A stretch of 40,137 nucleotides of DNA, from the sequence record SRR22947727_1342; one strand, written 5' to 3'. The stretch's first letter is position 1, and each line of letters starts with the position of its first letter. The position numbers and the translations under genes are program-made. Below the pieces are notes generated by a model that did no database searches, was not told the DNA's origin, and worked only from the letters and a program-made list of their open reading frames with translations. This document shows positions 27,686-36,762 of the stretch, in pieces.

Positions 27686-28099
27686 ATGCTTCAAATTATT
27701 TCACAATTAGCCCTCACCTGCAAAGATCAGAAAGTAACGGAGGATTGGTACGTTAGGAATTTCGGATTTCGTCGAGCTCGTGTCGCTACATTACCTGATG
27801 GAGCCCAGATTATATTTATAAAAATGGCTGATTCAAGTTTTTATCTAGAATTATTTGCTGCAGACAGCGAGAATCCGTTGCCTGATCCTATAAATGATGG
27901 TCCTTCATATCCGGCATTTAGGCATCTGGCTTTCAAGGTTGATGATGTTGACAAAAAGCTCTCTGAGATTAGTCCTTTGGAGATAACACTTGGACCACTA
28001 GACTTTGATGCCTTCATCCCAGGATGGCGAACAGCCTGGTTGAAGGATCCTGATGGCCGAATTATTGAAGTGAGTCAAGGCTTTGTGGACGAACTTTGA
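27686..28099 (+). CDS. VOC family (glyoxalase/bleomycin resistance) protein
   Basis: SQLAL...WYVRNFGF...LELF...FRHLAFKVDDVD...WLKDPDGRIIEV. The putative metal ligands are Q/E/H/E. Confidence 0.9.
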   Translation: MLQIISQLALTCKDQKVTEDWYVRNFGFRRARVATLPDGAQIIFIKMADSSFYLELFAADSENPLPDPINDGPSYPAFRHLAFKVDDVDKKLSEISPLEITLGPLDFDAFIPGWRTAWLKDPDGRIIEVSQGFVDEL

Positions 28100-28464
28100 T
28101 TTCCTTATTCTAAATTACATAACCTCAATTTTTACTCATGTCAGTCTTTTCATAACCATACGAATAAGCTGAATCCAAATCCAACACCGTTAAGGAACTC
28201 TGGAATCGCTAAAATTAATTGTCAGCTTCTCGTGAGTCGATTAGTTCCAAAAAACTTTAGCCCAACTTGGATCTTTAACAATAATCGCAATTGAGCCTAT
28301 AATTATGGTTTATTTTTGGTGATTAATCGACCGACAATTAAGGGTTTTTTTAATCTCTTCCAATATATAATAGAAAAAGATTATTTTTTGTTGTTCATAT
28401 TGGTTCCTTTGAAGCCGTTGGTGTTGTCATGATATGCCAGGGAATCTTAATCACTCCTTCTAGG

Positions 28465-29562
28465 TTAGGAAGGCGGTTGATACCTAATGTTTCCATGCTT
28501 TCGTTGGTAACTTGTGATTCCGTCGCGGTGCCACACCCCAGGGGAGTCAATGTCTTGGTCTTTACTTACAATTCGAAGTTGTGTTCTCACATCGTCAATA
28601 TTCATGTTTTTGTATTTAAAGTAATCGATCCCATACATCACATCTCGATTGCATATTCTCCCTCGACGTATTGCATCAGCCACTCTTTCCGGCATTCCAG
28701 GTAGGTCAAGGTGTCCTTTGTCTGCATTTAGAACGCCTCCACCCCAGGATTCAAGTCGACCTGTTTCAAACAAACTCACAATGGCTACCAAGAAGGAAAA
28801 CCCTTTAACGTCTGGAATCGCTGAGCCAATAAACGAGAATACTTCCAGCTCTCCCTCGATGGTTGTGTTGTAGTCACACAGCAAATGAATCCAATCGTGT
28901 TGAGCGATCGATGGATTTACGCTACCTTTTTGACCAGTAAATACAAAGCCTCTACCCTGATAGTATTCCCAAATATTCCTACCTAAAGTCCCTCTCTCAC
29001 AATTTTCTAGATCCATCCACTGTTTAAGAAGTTTTGGATCATCGTCATCAAGTTCAAAAGGATCTGTCAATGTTTTATTAACTCTCATCTTCGTTGATCC
29101 TTTTTTTAAGAGTTCTGGATTCCCCATGTATCCTTTTCTTGCCAGATCAGTAGCTGCGATACCATATGCTCCTTTACTGTAATCACGTGCAATTTCAATA
29201 AACTCGTCGTTTACATTTAATGATTTTGCTATTTTGCTAAGGGCTTGGGTTGCTTGAAGTGGCATTGGATCTAGTATTAGTTCAACTAAAGTAAACAATT
29301 GAAACAGACGGTGGCGAATAGTTTGATCCACATTTTCCATTTGTTTTTCAAGATTATCTAGATCTTGCGTCTTAGTTAATGCCTGTTCAACCGTCATTTC
29401 TATACCCAAGAGAGCACTTCCTATCGCGTGTATCAAGTGAAGCTGAGTTATCCCTGAAACTCTTTTTACATTACCGTACTTGGCCAATGAATAAATACTT
29501 TTCAATGCTACTTCTCGTTGCATTTTGCTCAGATTTTTAAAATCAGGATCGAGATGTATCAT
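28465..29562 (-). CDS. Coq4-motif (HDxxH-x11-E) metalloprotein with an N-terminal helical domain
   Basis: GTLGRNIWEYY followed by HDWIHLLCDYNTTIEGE, an exact HDxxH-x11-E. The N-terminal ~150 aa are helical, possibly TerB-like. Confidence 0.65.
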   Translation of the reverse strand: MIHLDPDFKNLSKMQREVALKSIYSLAKYGNVKRVSGITQLHLIHAIGSALLGIEMTVEQALTKTQDLDNLEKQMENVDQTIRHRLFQLFTLVELILDPMPLQATQALSKIAKSLNVNDEFIEIARDYSKGAYGIAATDLARKGYMGNPELLKKGSTKMRVNKTLTDPFELDDDDPKLLKQWMDLENCERGTLGRNIWEYYQGRGFVFTGQKGSVNPSIAQHDWIHLLCDYNTTIEGELEVFSFIGSAIPDVKGFSFLVAIVSLFETGRLESWGGGVLNADKGHLDLPGMPERVADAIRRGRICNRDVMYGIDYFKYKNMNIDDVRTQLRIVSKDQDIDSPGVWHRDGITSYQRKHGNIRYQPPS

Positions 29563-29686
29563 CGTTGATTTTTGCCTGTCACGAATTTAGGTGAAATAGC
29601 GGAGGTCAATTTTTTTGCCATAATAGTTTAATTATAATCATTTACATTGGAAATGATTTTTATAATATTAATCATTTGTTACGATT

Positions 29687-31057
29687 CTAAACTTGCACGG
29701 TTACGCTTGAGTCAGTCAAGTCTCTGATATCATTTTTCTCAGAACATATGGTGCATATCGCCATAGACAACACTGCCGTTGTTGCAGCTCTTGGAAGGGT
29801 AAGAATCGGATCAATAGCTAAAAGCAGCACAAGGACGGGTGGAACTGGCAATGCTAATGCTGTTAGTGCTAATCCAATGGTCGGCACAACTGAGACTCCA
29901 GTCAAGCCTGCTGCTGATATTCCGGTAACAATCCCGAGAATAAGAACCTCAATTAATTTATAAGGAGTTAATGGTACTTCAAAAAGATTTAACGCAAATG
30001 TTATAGCTATGATGTTATATATGATATTTCCCATACTTGATACCAATAAGCTTAGCGATGCTGCAACCTCCGATTGGCTTGTGTTCCTTCCTAATTTTTC
30101 CATCGACCTAATAATTGTCGGATAGCAGGCCAAACTGCTACCAGTCGAAAGTCCCAATAAGAATACAGAATCGGCTGGATTATCGTGCATTAGTTTTCTT
30201 TCGTCTAAACTTGTAAATCTTTTAAAAATTAATCTACTTACTCCTAATGAAGCTATTGATCCCAACAACATACAGATTGTCAAATTCAATAATGCAACGA
30301 TCATTTCTGAGCTAATTGTTGCGAAAGATCCTGCTATTAAGCATATTATAACTAGAGGAGCAATTAGTAATAATTCATCTAAAACCTTCAGAGCAACATC
30401 ATAGATGCTTCTTACAATCAAAAGTAATGGTTCGGCCTTGCCGACTGGCAATAGTGATAACCCCCAACCCAATAAGCAGGAACCTGTAATGACCTTTAAA
30501 GTTTCGTTATTTGATGCATCTCCAATTATATTTATAGGCAATATATCTTTAAACCACTTGAAATTATCAATACTACCTTCATTGATCGTATTTAAGGACA
30601 AGTTTATATCAGTAACGTCTAACATGTATCGACCTATCGAAAGTTTCCCATCGGGCGATAAAATCCCTGGTTTTTGATACAACGCAAGTAACAAAGCAAA
30701 CAACGATACAAATATAACGATTGTTGCTAGTGTAAGTATTAATCGTCTTGTAAAGTTAAACTTTGATTTCTTTTCCTTTGATATTGTTAGTATTGAATGA
30801 GTTGACAAAATCACTGCTGCAAGTACTAACGGTATTGCAGGAAAGGATATTAATTGAACGAGTGATAATCCTAATGAATTCAAACTTCCCGATGCCTCAG
30901 GAAATACCAAACCCAATAATAGTGAAATCGGTAAAATATAAATTAAAAAAGACCTCAGTGATCTCAGTTTCCGAAGAGAATCTCTTAAGTTTGTGTACTT
31001 GAAAATAATACCTCGTCTCGGAAACTTCATTTGTGTTTCTCTCGAATTAGTATCCAT
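29687..31057 (-). CDS. Dicarboxylate/amino acid:cation symporter (DAACS/SDF family), divergent
   Basis: Multi-TM; ILPINI, LSTGSSLACYP (HP1), ISAAGLTG (HP2), LLLAIDPILTLPR (TM8). Start ATG 31057 lies 1 nt after the upstream stop. Confidence 0.8.
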   Translation of the reverse strand: MDTNSRETQMKFPRRGIIFKYTNLRDSLRKLRSLRSFLIYILPISLLLGLVFPEASGSLNSLGLSLVQLISFPAIPLVLAAVILSTHSILTISKEKKSKFNFTRRLILTLATIVIFVSLFALLLALYQKPGILSPDGKLSIGRYMLDVTDINLSLNTINEGSIDNFKWFKDILPINIIGDASNNETLKVITGSCLLGWGLSLLPVGKAEPLLLIVRSIYDVALKVLDELLLIAPLVIICLIAGSFATISSEMIVALLNLTICMLLGSIASLGVSRLIFKRFTSLDERKLMHDNPADSVFLLGLSTGSSLACYPTIIRSMEKLGRNTSQSEVAASLSLLVSSMGNIIYNIIAITFALNLFEVPLTPYKLIEVLILGIVTGISAAGLTGVSVVPTIGLALTALALPVPPVLVLLLAIDPILTLPRAATTAVLSMAICTICSEKNDIRDLTDSSVTVQV

Positions 31058-31058
31058 T

Positions 31059-31943
31059 TTAGTTACAACCTCTACTTGTATTTTTGTTGAAGAAGCACTC
31101 ATATTCTTCCATAATCTCTGTATCTGTCTTTACACCCAACTCCTGAGTTATGTAAAAGTCTAGCATTGGTGATAAATCTGGATTCACCTTAGACGAAACA
31201 TACATTGAGATATGATCAATTTTGTCGTCAAAAAGTATTGGCACAAAATCGAGAGATAAGTTTGGTTTTTCATAAACAATCTTTTTAACTTCTGTAGCAT
31301 CTCTGTAAATTGCATCCACTTTATTGTTGCTTAGAGCAGTTTTGCAAGTATCCCAGTCTTTTAATCCAACCTTAATTGCATTTGGGAATAGCTCTTTTGC
31401 AAATTCACCGTAAGAAGAATCCTCAATAAAGCCAATTCTTATTTTAGATGCAGTTAAAACAGGTGCTAAATTTTCATTTGGAATTTGTCCTTGTATTTTA
31501 GAAATAATTTTTCTATTTGCAAGTAAAGCATGTCTAAACTTCATGTATTCGTGTGGATGTGCATCTTCCATACGTTTATAGAATGTGCTTAATTTACCTA
31601 TTGTTAAATCAAAATCTTCTTCTCCAGTCCTTTTTAGTAACCCATTATATGTCTTTGACTTTTTATCAAATACAGCTTCCACTCCGATATTTTGTGCAAA
31701 CCCTCTCACAATATCAATATCAATTCCTTCCATCTGTTTTGTTCTATTATCATAATAGTAATAAGGTGGTGTGTCGTATGGTGGTATGCCAACCTTAAAA
31801 TAACCCCGATCTAATATATTTTGAAAATATTCTATCTCTGCTGAGTAACATTGCCCTCCAAATGAACCCAATGCCAATATGACAATTAAAATACCAAGAC
31901 AACACGTTTTACTTATGGATTGTAATTCTCTCTTAATTCGCAC
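31059..31943 (-). CDS. Periplasmic substrate-binding protein, family 3 (amino-acid type)
   Basis: Signal peptide, then ILDRGYFKVG, PPYY, GIDIDIVRGFA, FDLTIG, ALSNNKVDAIYRD. Confidence 0.85.
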   Translation of the reverse strand: MRIKRELQSISKTCCLGILIVILALGSFGGQCYSAEIEYFQNILDRGYFKVGIPPYDTPPYYYYDNRTKQMEGIDIDIVRGFAQNIGVEAVFDKKSKTYNGLLKRTGEEDFDLTIGKLSTFYKRMEDAHPHEYMKFRHALLANRKIISKIQGQIPNENLAPVLTASKIRIGFIEDSSYGEFAKELFPNAIKVGLKDWDTCKTALSNNKVDAIYRDATEVKKIVYEKPNLSLDFVPILFDDKIDHISMYVSSKVNPDLSPMLDFYITQELGVKTDTEIMEEYECFFNKNTSRGCN

Positions 31944-32243
31944 TTTTTTGAATAATACTCTCTATACTCTAGACCTGTCCTGATCGAGCTTGGATGCTAT
32001 TGATGCCTTTCTACATTCTTTTTTACTAGTCTATTGTTTTGTAATCATTACCTGGCATTCTTGATCTTAGTCTCTGATGCGAAGTGTGCTGTGTTGCTTG
32101 TTTCTAAATATTCAATGTCTGAATGTCTCTATTTATTTATTTTTATTCAATTATTTATTATCTTAAGACATTAATGGAGTGAAACTAATCTGATATTTTG
32201 AGATAATAGTCCTTTTGGCCTAAGTATTAGATTTTTTGTAAAT

Positions 32244-33032
32244 TTACACTTTTTTGTGTTTAATTTCTTCAATATCCTGATGAACTGATCCAACTTTTTC
32301 GTATTGAGTATTCATATCAATGATATTTGCAGTCAAGAATGTTACACATATAATACCAAGTAGAGCGAATATTCCGGAAACGGTTTTACCCAGCGATGTC
32401 ATTGGTGTTATATCGCCGTATCCTATCGTTGTAACACTTACAAATGAGAACCAAAATGCTCTTAAAATTGAACCAAAATGAACAGCGTCATAACTTTTTT
32501 CTATTATATACATTAACGCTGCCATGATGTAAGTGATTATCGCCAATAATGTTATTGGAAAAAAAGTCTTTGCCGGATTTGCTGTCAATATATAATTAAG
32601 ACGATTTAGTATTTCCCTTAATTCTGAATTGTATATTATAAGTAATACTTTTATCAAGTAAAGGCCAATAACAGGTGCTGATTCATTTGGAAAGTAGTTA
32701 GTGGTTAGCAAAAAGAGAGTTAGGGCGTCAAGAAACTGTCTAAGCCCAAATATTGATCTCAATAATCCAATAGTTCTATAATTAGTCAATGACCATGTAT
32801 TCGATACCTTGCCGATAAAGTCCGAGATAAAATAGAGTTCTATTAAGTTATAGATATAAGGGATATATAAAGAATGAATAATCCGACTAAGACTTTGTTC
32901 TGTTGAAAGTGCAACAGTTACTAGAAATATAAAAATTGTAATATATGTAAGCTGATTGTATCGTGAACCTGAGAAACCTCCTTCATAATCCCCAAAATAC
33001 CAATCATCTATTTTACTTCTTCCATTTTTCAT
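32244..33032 (-). CDS. Potassium channel protein (pore domain)
   Basis: FGSILRAFWFSFVSVTTIGYGDITPMT contains the TxGYG selectivity filter; several upstream TM helices; no RCK domain seen. Confidence 0.9.
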   Translation of the reverse strand: MKNGRSKIDDWYFGDYEGGFSGSRYNQLTYITIFIFLVTVALSTEQSLSRIIHSLYIPYIYNLIELYFISDFIGKVSNTWSLTNYRTIGLLRSIFGLRQFLDALTLFLLTTNYFPNESAPVIGLYLIKVLLIIYNSELREILNRLNYILTANPAKTFFPITLLAIITYIMAALMYIIEKSYDAVHFGSILRAFWFSFVSVTTIGYGDITPMTSLGKTVSGIFALLGIICVTFLTANIIDMNTQYEKVGSVHQDIEEIKHKKV

Positions 33033-33035
33033 TCT

Positions 33036-33731
33036 TTAGATGATTCCTCTCTTGTTTATAAACAGTCTGATTACAGACCAGGCACCAATTGTAACTTTTA
33101 AACCAGCAACAATATTTAGTATTGGAATATATATATTTTGAGGGATCCACGTAAATGGACTTGTTGGATAAACAACAGAAGTAAAACTCATTATGGCGAA
33201 TATAATAAATGCGATTACTGCGATTTTCTCAATTACCGCCGCATTTGATCTCCCATAAAATTGTTCAATTTCGTTTAATCGTCCTGTTATCATTAAGAGT
33301 GTAACAGATGTTGCTCCTGCTACACCGGCGGCAAATCCTCCACCAGGCGTTATATGTCCCCTGACTGCCAATTCTACCGCTAAGAATGCACTTAATAATG
33401 CAACAAAGTCCAATAGTGATATTATCACAGGGTCTTGTATTCCAATTAATCTTGTCTCTGATGTTTCATCAGCCAGCAAAATTTTCACCCCTAGTCCCGC
33501 AACTGTAAAAACTGTTACCTCACCAATAGTATCAAATAGTCTACTTCCTAAAATGACAGCTGTAACTGAATTTGGTATGTTTGTTAGTGTCGTTAAATAA
33601 TCGACAATCTGGTTTGTATCTCTTGGTATAGCTTCGGGTCTTAATAGTAAGCCAACTAACATTACTATTGAAATTGCTATTAGGTATAGTGTTGATTTTA
33701 CTGTCTGAGCTAGTTTTCGTGAATCATTCAT
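33036..33731 (-). CDS. mrpB: Mrp/Mnh Na+/H+ antiporter subunit B
   Basis: NSVTAVILGSRLFDTIGE and GHITPGGGFAAG. Confidence 0.88.
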   Translation of the reverse strand: MNDSRKLAQTVKSTLYLIAISIVMLVGLLLRPEAIPRDTNQIVDYLTTLTNIPNSVTAVILGSRLFDTIGEVTVFTVAGLGVKILLADETSETRLIGIQDPVIISLLDFVALLSAFLAVELAVRGHITPGGGFAAGVAGATSVTLLMITGRLNEIEQFYGRSNAAVIEKIAVIAFIIFAIMSFTSVVYPTSPFTWIPQNIYIPILNIVAGLKVTIGAWSVIRLFINKRGII

Positions 33732-34306
33732 GATTGTTCTCCAGGTTTCATTTCTTTTGTTGATGTAAATATTTCTGTAGGGAAAGATTTGTCTTTAAAG
33801 TATTTTGTTGCTTTTAGGTTTTGAAATAAAATATATGATTCAATAAACAACCCTCGGCTATCAAGCACTGCATGTGGAGATCCAGATAATGTTGTTTCCG
33901 ATAGTATCTCATCGTAACTAGTAGAATTTTTTTCAAAATCTTTTTGTAAATACTTTACCTGTAAATGCAATTCGTTGAATATATCAGTTATCTCTTTCAA
34001 TAGTAATTCAGTGATTTCGAAATTCTCCGGGTATATTATTAAAACTGTATAACAGGCTCTTATCGTGATTATATAAAGTATCGCTGATAAAAGTGTTCCT
34101 ACCAAGACTTCTGTTAGTGCAACATCTGGTGCTCCAACTGCTGCATATATCAAGGCAGCAATCGACCCCAAAAATGATCGATAGATTAGTCCTCTTATAG
34201 GTGACTCAGTTTTGATCAGAAGTACTCCCAGGACGGGTAATATCAACTCAATAGGTAGTAATAGTAACGAACCAGTCATTTGACTGCCTAATATCATTAA
34301 AGTCAT
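33728..34306 (-). CDS. DUF4040 Mrp/Mnh subunit (MrpA C-terminal/MrpB-associated)
   Basis: YAAVGAPDVALTEVLVGT motif; 4-bp overlaps with both neighbours. Confidence 0.85.
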   Translation of the reverse strand: MTLMILGSQMTGSLLLLPIELILPVLGVLLIKTESPIRGLIYRSFLGSIAALIYAAVGAPDVALTEVLVGTLLSAILYIITIRACYTVLIIYPENFEITELLLKEITDIFNELHLQVKYLQKDFEKNSTSYDEILSETTLSGSPHAVLDSRGLFIESYILFQNLKATKYFKDKSFPTEIFTSTKEMKPGEQS

Positions 34307-34572
34307 GATTTATTCGTTACAGTAGCCAGTAAATATGAAAAGAAAGTATTCCACAATATTAGCGATATAGTTGCGATACTAAGGATTGCCCAATGGTCGT
34401 GATTCCTTATCAATAAACCAATGATTATAAATATTGATCCTACCGTATCAGAGACGGTTAAAGTGTGTAATTTGTAGAACAATGAATGCTTTTTATTTAG
34501 TATTGGTATTGTTCCCCAAAACCATAGGATTACACCAAGGATGACAGAAGCGTAGGAGATTGTATTTCCCAT
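34303..34572 (-). CDS. mrpG: Mrp/Mnh antiporter subunit G
   Basis: KLHTLTVSDTVGS motif; three TM helices; position in the operon. Confidence 0.85.
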   Translation of the reverse strand: MGNTISYASVILGVILWFWGTIPILNKKHSLFYKLHTLTVSDTVGSIFIIIGLLIRNHDHWAILSIATISLILWNTFFSYLLATVTNKS

Positions 34573-34575
34573 TCT

Positions 34576-34848
34576 TTACTCCTGTAGCTCCGTTAGACTT
34601 AATATTACCATTCCAGCATCACCACTAATCAGAATTATTGCTCCTATTGAGCCAATCATCCAATCTCCTCTAAATACTCCGTAGGCAATGATAAACATTG
34701 CTATTTTGCTTCCGAAACTCGTCGCGACAGCTATACGCTCCGTAATCGTCTTACACCTTCCAACCCCCGCAACAGAGATTAAGCTTGCTGCAATCATAGA
34801 TAGTAATATTACCAAATCTATATTTTGCATCGGAACAAATGTAATCAT
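34576..34848 (-). CDS. mrpF: Mrp/Mnh antiporter subunit F
   Basis: 90 aa with three TM helices (ERIAVA..., ...SGDAG); located between E and G. Confidence 0.7.
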   Translation of the reverse strand: MITFVPMQNIDLVILLSMIAASLISVAGVGRCKTITERIAVATSFGSKIAMFIIAYGVFRGDWMIGSIGAIILISGDAGMVILSLTELQE

Positions 34849-35258
34849 TGTCTTTTACCGGTTTCTTTTAATGTATGAGTTTTCCAAAATCTATTATCTT
34901 TTGAACCTGTGACTAACGACATTGGTGTTGCTGTGATTACTAGAACGTCAATAAATGTTGCAAGCTTCGAGCCTTTCCGTGCGAACAAATTCTTCTCTTC
35001 TTCTGAGTGCACATCTTCAGGATTGTAGATTAGCATTAGCTGGATTGTTTCTTTTATGAGTTGTAGTGGAACTGCTATAATTCTAATTATAGAAGGAAGT
35101 ATTGCCTCCAATTTAAGATTTTTATAATTTCCAATTGGTATAATTATTGATAAGAATAGTCCTCCTATCAAGTTATATTGTTGAAAATTACCAGTTACTA
35201 AACCCCACAAAAATGTCCGAAAGATAAGGATCGTCAATAAGCGAATCACGGTTGTCAT
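34845..35258 (-). CDS. mrpE: Mrp/Mnh antiporter subunit E
   Basis: FLWGLVTG...NLIGG N-terminus and VITATP motif. Start moved to ATG 35258, just after the mrpD stop. Confidence 0.75.
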   Translation of the reverse strand: MTTVIRLLTILIFRTFLWGLVTGNFQQYNLIGGLFLSIIIPIGNYKNLKLEAILPSIIRIIAVPLQLIKETIQLMLIYNPEDVHSEEEKNLFARKGSKLATFIDVLVITATPMSLVTGSKDNRFWKTHTLKETGKRQ

Positions 35259-35262
35259 CTTT

Positions 35263-36762
35263 TCAAATTTTAAAGTAGAAGAGGTTTGCAAGTAACAGTG
35301 CGGCAACAACAAATGGCGCACCGACTAGATCTAATGTTTTAGTGACTGGCTTTACAAAGTTCTCCGTTTGTAGACCAGCTACTGAAGTATATAAGAAAGA
35401 TGCTAGTACAATTGCTGTTAGTGAACTTTGAATATTTTCGTAGTAATATGCCCCAGGATAACTTAAACTGAATGCGATAATCAATATCCCCGATGTAAAT
35501 AATATTATTGTTTGAGCATTGATTTTTGTATTATTTTCTAATTTGTGAGGACGTACTTTTGACATGTTGCGTCTATACAGACTAATCCTAGTCCATATGA
35601 GTCTGGCGTATACCGTTGCTGTTAGTAGTGTAGAAGTTGAAGTTATTAGAGATGCTTCTAACGGTATATCCCCTTTTAACCATGTTTTTGTTATAAAACC
35701 CGATGTAAACGGTAATCCAATAATTGATAGAGATGCAATAACAAAAGTTGTTACTAGTAGCCATTCAGGCACATTTGTTGGCGACTCCTGTTCGGAATAG
35801 TGTCCGGTGTCTTTCTCATCTGGTGACGATAGAGTTACAAATAAAAGTGTTTTACATAATCCATGTTGCATTGCATATATACATGCGTACGATGGTGATA
35901 ATATTGCAAGCCCTAATTGAGATACAGAACTCCAGCCTAACGCTCTCCCGTCATCTCTTTCAAACACCGCATATAATGCTGCGACAATTGCGCTTAGAAC
36001 ACCAATAACAACCATTGAGTTGCCAATGGGCTCCATACTTACACTCAATCTTGCAATGGGAGCTACACCCGCACATGTTACGCAACCTGACAAAATTGCT
36101 GCCGTTTGACGATTGGCGTGCGAATAGATGTTTGGTACCCAAAGCCCGCAGATGAAGATTCCTGCTTTTGTTAAAAGACCAGCAACAATTAGGCACAATG
36201 CAGGTGTTGTTGCTGTTGATAGGTCTGATATCAAAAATGTGCCCGAAAATTGAAATCCTTGTACAACACCTATCAAATATATCAACATTGCAAGTCCGCC
36301 GCCTATCAAGTATTGAAAGGAGTGAAATAGAGATTTATTGTCGTTTCTATCTGCTATGAGGATGAAGGCGCAGAAACCAGTCAATTCCAATGCGATGTAG
36401 ATACTAATCAGATCCTGTGCCGAAAATGAAACTGTCAATGCAGTTAACAAAACGAGGCATATTTGATAGAAGTAATGTGATAATTTATCTCTGTACAAAC
36501 TTAAAACGATTAATAAGGATAGACTTGCTCCAAGAAGTAGAGGAAATGTATATTGATCAAATGAAAACTCAATTCCACCTGTCCACATTAGTTTATATTT
36601 TGTTTCAAATCCGGTAAATATTCCTCCCAGTGAAATAGCTGCGATTCCCAACAGTGTCAGCATTGATATTGGATATATCAATTTTGGCTTTATGCATCCT
36701 AAAAACCCTAAGGTTGCAGGTAAGTAGGTTAATACAACAAAGAAAATTGGCGAATCTATCAT
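35263..36762 (-). CDS. mrpD: Mrp/Mnh antiporter subunit D (NdhD5-like antiporter-like subunit)
   Basis: DLISIYIALEL (TM5 Glu), LLTKAGIF...LWVP (TM7 Lys), WSSVSQLG, QHGLCK, GLPFTSGFITK (TM12 Lys). Confidence 0.88.
   Translation of the reverse strand: MIDSPIFFVVLTYLPATLGFLGCIKPKLIYPISMLTLLGIAAISLGGIFTGFETKYKLMWTGGIEFSFDQYTFPLLLGASLSLLIVLSLYRDKLSHYFYQICLVLLTALTVSFSAQDLISIYIALELTGFCAFILIADRNDNKSLFHSFQYLIGGGLAMLIYLIGVVQGFQFSGTFLISDLSTATTPALCLIVAGLLTKAGIFICGLWVPNIYSHANRQTAAILSGCVTCAGVAPIARLSVSMEPIGNSMVVIGVLSAIVAALYAVFERDDGRALGWSSVSQLGLAILSPSYACIYAMQHGLCKTLLFVTLSSPDEKDTGHYSEQESPTNVPEWLLVTTFVIASLSIIGLPFTSGFITKTWLKGDIPLEASLITSTSTLLTATVYARLIWTRISLYRRNMSKVRPHKLENNTKINAQTIILFTSGILIIAFSLSYPGAYYYENIQSSLTAIVLASFLYTSVAGLQTENFVKPVTKTLDLVGAPFVVAALLLANLFYFKI

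Noticed and set aside
28429-28873. Short plus-strand ORFs (91 and 74 aa)
   Set aside because: Both are antisense to the Coq4-like gene and show no independent coding evidence.
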